Assembly (NCBI GenBank): GCA_035387885.1
Contig: DAOOOW010000002.1
Location: forward strand, 7,869-71,868
Source of the DNA: a bacterium
GTDB lineage: Bacteria; Patescibacteriota; Patescibacteriia; UBA2196
Reading direction: 5' to 3'
DNA: 64,000 nucleotides
Below, one piece after another: positions 38,723 to 46,141 of the stretch (its first letter is position 1; each line of letters opens with the position of its first letter). Made by a program: the position numbers and the translations under genes. The notes under the pieces were generated by a model, which was not told the origin of the DNA, ran no database searches, and saw nothing but the letters and a program-made list of their open reading frames with translations.

Positions 38723-38810
38723 CTGTCATGGCATGAGGGTTGAAATCTGCCCCAAGGCAGATTTCAACGGTTCAAGTCCCTGCCTACCGGCAGGCAGACC
38801 GTCCGCTCCG
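38723..38810 (+). pseudogene. 3'-side tRNA-Asp copy with hairpin plus CCTGCC element insertion
   Basis: CTGTCA...hairpin 38739-38768...CCTGCCTACCGGCAGGCAG 38779-38797...CCGTCCGCTCCG. Confidence 0.85.
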
Positions 38811-38839
38811 TTTAAAAAAGAATTTTTTAATCTAAAAAC

Positions 38840-39541
38840 ATGCCAGAAATAAACCCAGAAAGAAAAAAAGATGAATTTTGGAAAAGACATTTTGAGTATT
38901 ATGATTTTTTCCAACAGCAGTTTTCCTGGTATCAACAAACAATCAAATTTCACCTCGCGCAGATGGAAGGGTGTGAAAGAATATTGGATACGGGGGCAGG
39001 TAGTGGCAATTTAACAAAAGAATTATTAGAAAAATCCCATAGAGTTGTCGCAATAGATAGTGAAAAATATGCTTTGGAGCAATTAAGAGAAAAAACTAAA
39101 GAAATCGGAAAAAACCTGGAAATTGTAACTAACGATGTTTGCCAGATGGGTTTTGCAGATAATTCATTTGATGGTGTTACTTCAATGTTTCTATTGCCAT
39201 TTATAAAAGATGCAGAAGCATATTTAAGAGAAGTATATAGAATACTAAAGAATGGTGGTAAATTTTCTATTTCAGCCTGGGCACCAGAGCCAGATATTTT
39301 TAAAAGAATAAAAGAAAAAATTGAAGAGGAATTGACACAGAAAAATATTCTTCCGCAAAAACAATTAATGTGGGAAGAATTTTTAAAAACTAGTGCTATA
39401 AATGCCACCAATGTCAAAGAAAGTGGTTTAACGAAAGATAAAATTTTAGGAATGTTAAAAACTTTAAAATTTGTGGATAGCCAAGAATTTGTAGATGTAG
39501 CTTATGAAAAATACGCTTATTTTATAACTTGTAATAAATAA
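38840..39541 (+). CDS. class I SAM-dependent methyltransferase
   Basis: ILDTGAGSG, FADNSFD, EVYRILKNGG. Confidence 0.9.
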   Translation: MPEINPERKKDEFWKRHFEYYDFFQQQFSWYQQTIKFHLAQMEGCERILDTGAGSGNLTKELLEKSHRVVAIDSEKYALEQLREKTKEIGKNLEIVTNDVCQMGFADNSFDGVTSMFLLPFIKDAEAYLREVYRILKNGGKFSISAWAPEPDIFKRIKEKIEEELTQKNILPQKQLMWEEFLKTSAINATNVKESGLTKDKILGMLKTLKFVDSQEFVDVAYEKYAYFITCNK

Positions 39542-39548
39542 AACCAAA

Positions 39549-39767
39549 ATGCTTAATAAAAATTTAAATTTAAAATATTTATTTACCAATATTTCTGTAG
39601 TCTTTGGTGTGGTTTTGGTCTAGCGAGGAATCTGGTATATTTTGGATGAACTTGATAAATGGCTTTTTGGCGGTAGTTATTTTTGGACAGCTTTAGTTGG
39701 TATAATTATTGGTTTATTGATTTTGTATTTTCCCGACAGAGATTTAAAAGAAATTGGCAAATTATAA
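39549..39767 (+). pseudogene. small membrane protein with in-frame TAG at codon 25
   Basis: MLNKNLNLKYLFTNISVVFGVVLV*RGIWYILDELDKWLFGG...KEIGKL; not in ORF track. Confidence 0.65.
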
Positions 39768-39809
39768 TAAAAATAAAATTTTTAATTTTGTCTATCACAA
39801 CCGACCTAT

Positions 39810-40499
39810 ATGACTGTTTTTCAATTAAAACTTTTAGCCATTATTACCATGGCGATTGATCATATTGGTCTGTTTTTTTTTCCTGAACATATAACTTGGC
39901 GCATTATCGGTCGATTGGCCTTCCCCATTTTTGCTTGGTTGATTGCCAATGGCGCCAGACACACCCACAACATTAATGCTTATTTAAAACGTCTTTTAAT
40001 TTTTGCTCTAATTTCTCAAATACCTTATTGGCTGGCTTTTCGTTTAATAGATCCAACCTTTATTTCGCCAAACATATTTTTTACGCTATTCCTTGGTTTA
40101 TTGGCTATAAAAATAATTCAGGGAAAAAAGCAGTTGTGGTTAAGTGTTGTTATTACTATTATTTGCGCTTTGTGCGCTTATTTAATGCAAGCTAGTTATG
40201 GCATAGTGGGTGTTTTGTCCATGGTATTTTTTTATATATTTTTTGAGCAAAAAATATATTTGTTTTTATCAGAGGCAATAATTTTCCTGTTGCCACTTAT
40301 GGCGGCTAGTTGGCCTGTTTTCAAACCCTTAAGTCCGTATTTAATGGACAACTTTATTTATCAGCCGGTTTGTCTGGCATCATTATTTTTAATTTTTTTA
40401 TATAATGATCAACAGGGTTTAAAGGCAAAATATTTTTTCTATATTTTTTATCCCGCGCATTTTTTTATTATTTATCTGGTAAAATTAATCGCCTATTAG
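39810..40499 (+). CDS. TraX family membrane acyltransferase-like protein
   Basis: LKLLA.ITMAIDH, GRLAFPIF, NIFFTL, FFY.FYP.H. Confidence 0.9.
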   Translation: MTVFQLKLLAIITMAIDHIGLFFFPEHITWRIIGRLAFPIFAWLIANGARHTHNINAYLKRLLIFALISQIPYWLAFRLIDPTFISPNIFFTLFLGLLAIKIIQGKKQLWLSVVITIICALCAYLMQASYGIVGVLSMVFFYIFFEQKIYLFLSEAIIFLLPLMAASWPVFKPLSPYLMDNFIYQPVCLASLFLIFLYNDQQGLKAKYFFYIFYPAHFFIIYLVKLIAY

Positions 40500-40617
40500 T
40501 TTGTTATTATTAGCCAATTTGTTATAATATATTTAAGTTTTGTAATATAATTGTGTATAACTGCCAAACATAAAAATTAATCAGTTTAAACTAAAAAGGT
40601 TTAGACAACATAATTTT

Positions 40618-40794
40618 ATGGAAGATATGTTAGTTGTAGGCTCAAAAGTTAAAGCCTATATCAAATCAAAAAATCTACACACCTCTGGCGATTTTGCAGA
40701 AGCCTTGAGCAAAGAAGTAGCTCATATGATCGACAAAGCTGCCAAAAGATGTGAAGACAACAAAAGATCAACTTTAAGACCAAGTGATCTTTAA
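40618..40794 (+). CDS. bacterial histone-fold protein (58 aa)
   Basis: MEDMLVVGSKVKAYIKSKNLHTSGDFAEALSKEVAHMIDKAAKRCEDNKRSTLRPSDL; LVV.SKVK and R.T....D histone-fold pattern; followed by terminator-like hairpin. Confidence 0.85.
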   Translation: MEDMLVVGSKVKAYIKSKNLHTSGDFAEALSKEVAHMIDKAAKRCEDNKRSTLRPSDL

Positions 40795-41008
40795 AAAAAC
40801 AGGGTTTAAATTAAACCCAATAAAACGCAAAAATTCGCTGAAATGGGCGGATTTTTGCTTTTAGATAATGTTTGCGGTTTTTATAGATATTTGGTAAAAT
40901 AAAAGGGTAAAAAGTAAAAGTTTAACTCAGCGCCTATTGGCGATTTATTAACCACCCCGCCCGACTTCGTCGAGGCGCCCCTCCTTGAAAAGGAGGGGAC
41001 AGCAAGTC

Positions 41009-41404
41009 ATGTCATTATCCAAATACCTTACTTTAATGACCTTAGCCACCCTACTTTGCTGGGCTTCTTTTATAATTGTAGTTAATACTATTAATCCATT
41101 TAATACAGCAATCTTGGGTTTTGTCTTTTTTTACAGTTCTTTGTTTTTGTCGTTAATTGGTACTCTGTCTATTTTGGGATTTTTATTAAGAAATTTATTA
41201 AATAAAAATCAATTTATTAGTGTGCAGATAATGACTTCTTTTCGTCAAAGTATTTGGTTGGCCCTGATGATTGTTATTGGTTTATATTTACAAAGTCAAA
41301 AATTGGTGGCTTGGTGGAATTTATTAATATTAATACTGCTAATGATTTTATTGGAGTTTTATTTTATTTATCAAAGTGAAGAAACTTTAGAAAAAGAAAA
41401 TTGA
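41009..41404 (+). CDS. four-TM membrane protein
   Basis: FFY.SLF, SFRQ motifs; start after family G repeat. Confidence 0.7.
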   Translation: MSLSKYLTLMTLATLLCWASFIIVVNTINPFNTAILGFVFFYSSLFLSLIGTLSILGFLLRNLLNKNQFISVQIMTSFRQSIWLALMIVIGLYLQSQKLVAWWNLLILILLMILLEFYFIYQSEETLEKEN

Positions 41405-41438
41405 TTTTATATTTTTAATGTTAAAAGCAATTATTTTT

Positions 41439-41574
41439 TGTCATTTCAGACCGTTATGTCCCGCAACCGTGGGAGCGGATTGGGAATTCTAGTAGTTGAA
41501 GAAAAAAGCGCGGGTTTAAATCCATGGGATCCCCGCTTTAAGAGCCTAATCGGCATGGCCGGCGGGGATGACAG
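41439..41574. repeat. complete family A element upstream of pheS
   Basis: Right arm nearly identical to 55630-55677. Confidence 0.85.
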
Positions 41575-41583
41575 ATAGCATTT

Positions 41584-42651
41584 ATGAAAATTCTACTCCA
41601 AAATTTAAAACAAGAAATTACGGAAAAAATAAAACTTGTCAAAAACGAAGCTGATTTGGAACATTTGCGTTTAGAATATTTAAGTCGCAAAGGCAAATTT
41701 ACCGAAAGTTTAAAAGCCCTTAAAGATGTAGCCGTAGCTGAACGACCAGTTATTGGCAAATTGGCTAATGAAGTTAAACAAGAAGTAGAACATTTATTTG
41801 CCCAAACTCAAAATGCTTTTAGTGGAGAAAATAATTTTAAGCAGTCGGGAGGAAAAAATCCGCCAACTGGCGGAGAAAAAATTTATGATGCTACTTTGCC
41901 TGGTCTTAAAAAACCAATGGGCACTTATCATCCGATTACTCAAATTATCAAAGATTTAAATCAAGCTTTTCAGTCTTTAAATTTTGAAATTTATGAAGAT
42001 AATGAAATTACTACTGAAGAGCAAGCTTTTGATAATTTAAATTTTCCTCCTAATCATCCGGCTAGAGAAAGCATGGATACTTATTGGATAAAAGGCTCGG
42101 AAGATAGAAGTGGTCAAGAAAAACTTTGTTTGCGCCCTCATCTAACTGGCAATAGCGTCAACTATATGAAAATTCATCAGCCGCCATTTCGTTTTGTTTA
42201 TCCGGGCCGAGTTTTTCGCAGCGAAGCCACCGACGCTGGCCATGAAAGATGTTTTTATCAATACGAAGCATTAATTGTGGATGAAAATATTTCTTTTTCT
42301 GCCGGCAAAGTTTTAATTCAAACTATTTTAAATAAAGTTTTTGGTAAAGAAATTCCGGTGCGCATGCGGGCTGGGTTTTTCCCGTTTGTAGAACCAGGTT
42401 TTGAAATTGATATGCAATGTCAGGTTTGCGGGGGAGTTGGTTGCTCTGTTTGCAAACACAATGGTTGGTTGGAAGTAATGCCTGGTGGAGCGCCTCACCC
42501 TAATGTTCTAAAAGCTGGTGGCCTTGATCCAAAAAAATGGCAGGGCTTTTATATTAATGTCGGCCTTGATCGCTTGGTGATGATGAAATATGGCATTGAT
42601 GATGTGCGCCTGATGCATTTTGGTGATTTAAGATTTCTAAGACAATTTTAA
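41584..42651 (+). CDS. pheS: phenylalanine--tRNA ligase alpha subunit
   Basis: HPAR..DT, PGRVFR, FFPFVEP, DRL.MMKYGIDDVR...DLRFLRQF. Confidence 0.97.
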   Translation: MKILLQNLKQEITEKIKLVKNEADLEHLRLEYLSRKGKFTESLKALKDVAVAERPVIGKLANEVKQEVEHLFAQTQNAFSGENNFKQSGGKNPPTGGEKIYDATLPGLKKPMGTYHPITQIIKDLNQAFQSLNFEIYEDNEITTEEQAFDNLNFPPNHPARESMDTYWIKGSEDRSGQEKLCLRPHLTGNSVNYMKIHQPPFRFVYPGRVFRSEATDAGHERCFYQYEALIVDENISFSAGKVLIQTILNKVFGKEIPVRMRAGFFPFVEPGFEIDMQCQVCGGVGCSVCKHNGWLEVMPGGAPHPNVLKAGGLDPKKWQGFYINVGLDRLVMMKYGIDDVRLMHFGDLRFLRQF

Positions 42652-42656
42652 TTTTC

Positions 42657-42792
42657 AAAGTTTATCCCGAGCGATTAGTTGAGGGATCTCTATTTAGTAA
42701 TCTGTAATAAGTAATATGTAATAAGTAATAAAAACACTTTGTCATCCCGGCTCAAATTGCCACTGGTAATTTTTCGCTGATTCGGGATCCAG
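42657..42792. repeat. stack of family B left arm, GTAAT heptamers and family A left arm
   Basis: AAAGTTTATCCCGAG...GATCTC; GTAATAA repeats; TTGTCATCCCG...CGGGATCCAG. Confidence 0.8.
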
Positions 42793-42806
42793 AAATACAA
42801 ATAATT

Positions 42807-43214
42807 ATGAGTATCCCCGTTCATTTGGCAACCAATACTATTATTGGCGCAATATTTTACCGTTTTGGCATTATTGATTTGTTAAAATTTTATTTATTAT
42901 TTATTGCTCTCGGATTTTTATTAGATGTTGATCATGTTTTATATTTTATTATTAAAGAACGAACCTTAAATCCAAAGAAACTATTTACGGCCGGCAGAGC
43001 TGAACGCCGAAAAATGAAAGCTCATCTTTATATTTTTCACTCGCCAGAATTTAATTTGCTTTTATTAATTTTATCTTTTTTTAATCAAATATTTTTTATC
43101 ATATTATTAAGTAATTTAATTCATCTAAGTTTAGATATTATTGAACATTATCGTTTCCATAAAAATTTTAAGTGGTTAAAAGAGTGGAGTTTGATTAATA
43201 ATTTAATTAGATAA
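42807..43214 (+). CDS. membrane metal-dependent hydrolase-like protein
   Basis: H...LDVDH...FHS.E...H..LD pattern. Confidence 0.7.
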   Translation: MSIPVHLATNTIIGAIFYRFGIIDLLKFYLLFIALGFLLDVDHVLYFIIKERTLNPKKLFTAGRAERRKMKAHLYIFHSPEFNLLLLILSFFNQIFFIILLSNLIHLSLDIIEHYRFHKNFKWLKEWSLINNLIR

Positions 43215-43225
43215 AATAATTTTTT

Positions 43226-43254
43226 CTGGATCATGACTTTCGTCAGGATGACAA
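43226..43254. repeat. family A right arm
   Basis: CTGGATCATGACTTTCGTCAGGATGACAA. Confidence 0.8.
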
Positions 43255-43300
43255 CTCTTTTTTCCATAATACATTATTCATAATACATAATTCACACCTT

Positions 43301-44380
43301 ATGTCTGTCGTAAAAATTTTTATTTTAACAGTTCTCGCGTTTGTGGGCGCGTTTTGGTGGGCGCCGATTTTGGCGCGCTCTTTACACAAGTGGCAATTAT
43401 GGAAAAAACAAGCGCGTAAATATACGCCCGATGGCCGTGTTTTAGAAACATTCAAAAAAATTGAAAAAGATGACAAGGTCTTTACTCCACGGGGTGGCGG
43501 ACTTTTAATTTGGGTGACAATTTTGGTCCTAGCTTTGGTTATTGCTTTTTTCAATCGTTTGTTTGATGGTTTTTTTACCAATCTTAATTTTTTATCGCGC
43601 GCGGAAACTTGGCTGCCGCTTTTTACTTTGGTAGCGGCTGGGATAATTGGTTTACTTGATGATTTGTTAACTACCCGCTTAGCTGGCGGCAAATATTTAG
43701 GTGGTGGCATGAGTTTGGGCAAGCGCATTATTATTATTTTAATTATTGGCTTAATTGGCGCCTGGTGGTTTCATTTTAAATTGGGCTGGGACACCATTCA
43801 TATCCCTTTTTTTGGTGATTTCTATATTAATGGTTTTTATATTCCGCTTTTTGCCATTACCATGGTGGCGGTTTTTTCTTCAGGTGTAATCGATGGTATT
43901 GATGGGCTTTCTGGCGGTGTGTTCGCTCCGATTTTTGTCACTTTTGGCGTGATTGCCTTTATGCGTGGTCAAGTTAATTTAGCTGCTTTTTGCGCCATGA
44001 TTGCCGGGACTTTGGCCGTGTTTTTGTGGTTTAATGCCCCGCCAGCGCGTTTTTATATTGGTGAAACCGGTATTTTACCTTTAACTACAGTTTTGACCAT
44101 TATTGCCTTTTTAACCAACACTATTTTGCTTTTACCTCTAGCCGGCATTATGCTCGTTTTAACCACTCTTTCTGATATTGTTCAAATTACTTATCGTCAA
44201 TATGGTTTAAGACGCGGTTGGCCCCAAGAAAAACGGCAGTTTTTTATTGCCGCTCCCTTGCACCATAATTTTCAGTTTAAAGGTATTAAAAATGAAACCA
44301 TTGTTATGCGCTATTGGATCATCACGGCCATTGCCTGCGTTACTACTTTAATGATTTATTTGTTGGACAAAGGAATATAA
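43301..44380 (+). CDS. mraY: phospho-MurNAc-pentapeptide transferase
   Basis: TPRGGG, GLLDD, DGIDGL, FNAPPA.FYIGETG, APLHHNF, IVMRYW. Confidence 0.9.
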   Translation: MSVVKIFILTVLAFVGAFWWAPILARSLHKWQLWKKQARKYTPDGRVLETFKKIEKDDKVFTPRGGGLLIWVTILVLALVIAFFNRLFDGFFTNLNFLSRAETWLPLFTLVAAGIIGLLDDLLTTRLAGGKYLGGGMSLGKRIIIILIIGLIGAWWFHFKLGWDTIHIPFFGDFYINGFYIPLFAITMVAVFSSGVIDGIDGLSGGVFAPIFVTFGVIAFMRGQVNLAAFCAMIAGTLAVFLWFNAPPARFYIGETGILPLTTVLTIIAFLTNTILLLPLAGIMLVLTTLSDIVQITYRQYGLRRGWPQEKRQFFIAAPLHHNFQFKGIKNETIVMRYWIITAIACVTTLMIYLLDKGI

Positions 44381-44444
44381 TTTCTATTTGTCATCCTGAA
44401 TTTGTTTGCCCCGCATTTGCAGCGGATTCAGGATCCAAAAAATT

Positions 44445-45209
44445 ATGAACCAATTAGAAAAAATAAAAAATACGCCAATAAAAACACCAAAGTGGATTGT
44501 GGATTTAAAATATTTTGACGATCGTTTTAAAGTAAACAATAAAATTAAAAAAAGAAAATTAAATAAAAAACACGGACTATTCGCGGAAAAAATTGTCGAT
44601 TATAGAAAATATGGTTTAAAAGGAGAGAGTTATTATTGGCAATTTAGACAGGAAAAACAATTTAAAAAAATAAAAAATTTATTACCAAAAGAATTTTATT
44701 TACGGAAAAGTATTGTTGAAGATTTGCAAAAAGTTAATAATTTTTTAAAAAAATATAACTTATCTCTGTATGTTAAAAGCGGTTATCGCAATGAAGAAGT
44801 CCAGTTAGCTGCTATTGATTATTTTTCTGCTAAGGGTGATGAAAAACAAAAAATGCTTTTTGCTCAACCCAAAGAAAGAAGTGCTAATCATCCCTATCCT
44901 CATTCCACTGGTGCCACTTTTGATTTAACATTATATGACTTAAAGAGAAAACAATTTATAAATTTAAGATTTAGAAAAGACATTACCGTATTTGGCATTG
45001 AGAGAGTTAAAAAAATAACAACTACGGAAAAGAAAATTAGAGCCTACCGTCGGCTATTATATAATATCCTTTGCACACCAGTTATTTTAGAAAAAGAAAA
45101 TTTATTTACCGCCCATCCATTTGAATATTGGCATTTTTCCCGTGGTGATCAATTGGCTAGATTTTGGTCAGGTTCGGACAAGATGGCTTATTACGGCGAA
45201 GCAAAATAA
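44445..45209 (+). CDS. M15D D-Ala-D-Ala dipeptidase (VanX/DdpX-like)
   Basis: GYR, HSTGATFDL, EYWHFS. Confidence 0.85.
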   Translation: MNQLEKIKNTPIKTPKWIVDLKYFDDRFKVNNKIKKRKLNKKHGLFAEKIVDYRKYGLKGESYYWQFRQEKQFKKIKNLLPKEFYLRKSIVEDLQKVNNFLKKYNLSLYVKSGYRNEEVQLAAIDYFSAKGDEKQKMLFAQPKERSANHPYPHSTGATFDLTLYDLKRKQFINLRFRKDITVFGIERVKKITTTEKKIRAYRRLLYNILCTPVILEKENLFTAHPFEYWHFSRGDQLARFWSGSDKMAYYGEAK

Positions 45210-45211
45210 AT

Positions 45212-46123
45212 ATGTTTAAACTTTTTTACAAAATCAAATATTTTTTCGGCACAATATATCGTGGGTTGATTGGCAGATCCCATAATGCTTTTGACCAGGC
45301 GCCAGAAATAAATAAAGATGTAGAAAATTTTGTAATTGGGAAAAGTGAGGAGGGAAGAGAAATAAGAGTTTATAAAATTGGAAGCCAATCCATGAGATCT
45401 CTCGACTCCTCCGACAGTGCTTTGCCTGCCGGAGTCGCTCGAGATAAACTTAAAAAAATATTATTTGTTGCTGGTATTCATGGCAATGAAGTTGGCACAG
45501 TCAAGTTAGCTGGAAATATTATTAATTATTTTTTTAATGTAACTCCGAGCTTTAGCTCGGATGAATCCGATCTAAAGGCCGGAGTTACAAAAGACCACAC
45601 TCTTTATGTTATTCCTTGTTTAAACCCCGATGGTTATGAGCGTGCCTTAAAAAATCCTGATTATGCGCATCGTGGCCGAGTGGGACGTAATAACAGTCGT
45701 GGTGTAGATTTAAATAGAAATTTTCTAACTCAAAATTTTCAAAAAAATTCCGAGTGGGGTTTTGGCAGAAATTATGGCGATGAAAAAATTGCCGCTTATT
45801 GTGGAGAATTTGGTGGTTCAGAAAGAGAAACGCAAGCTTTAATAAAATTTATTAAACAAGAAAATATTCAAAATTTAATTATGCTTCACAACGCTGGCAA
45901 AGATGTGGTTTATAATTCCGGCGATCAAGTAGCCAAAAAATGGGCAGAAATTTATAACAAATTTACCAAATTTAAAATCAGAACAGATCTAAATTATTCC
46001 GGTGGCGTTGCTGAATGGGCTAAAGAAAATAATATTCATTATTTAACTGTAGAAGGTTCAAGCAGGTGGGGAAGTGATTGGCGAAAACAAAAAAGCGCGG
46101 TTGAAAAAATTATTAATTCATAA
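45212..46123 (+). CDS. M14 zinc carboxypeptidase (MpaA-like) with two repeat insertions
   Basis: GIHGNE, NPDG, GVDLNRNF, SERETQA. Confidence 0.88.
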   Translation: MFKLFYKIKYFFGTIYRGLIGRSHNAFDQAPEINKDVENFVIGKSEEGREIRVYKIGSQSMRSLDSSDSALPAGVARDKLKKILFVAGIHGNEVGTVKLAGNIINYFFNVTPSFSSDESDLKAGVTKDHTLYVIPCLNPDGYERALKNPDYAHRGRVGRNNSRGVDLNRNFLTQNFQKNSEWGFGRNYGDEKIAAYCGEFGGSERETQALIKFIKQENIQNLIMLHNAGKDVVYNSGDQVAKKWAEIYNKFTKFKIRTDLNYSGGVAEWAKENNIHYLTVEGSSRWGSDWRKQKSAVEKIINS

Positions 46124-46141
46124 ATCTTAATTTATAATTTT

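Noticed and set aside
38469-38810. Possible CRISPR array from repeated palindromic units
   Set aside because: The repeats are tRNA-Asp derived, there are only two hairpin copies, spacing is irregular and no cas genes are present
39621-39623. Stop-codon reassignment
   Set aside because: TAG, TGA and TAA all terminate genes here, and long ORFs translate intact under code 11
39810-40499. Conjugative element suggested by traX
   Set aside because: Solitary TraX-family gene with no other transfer genes
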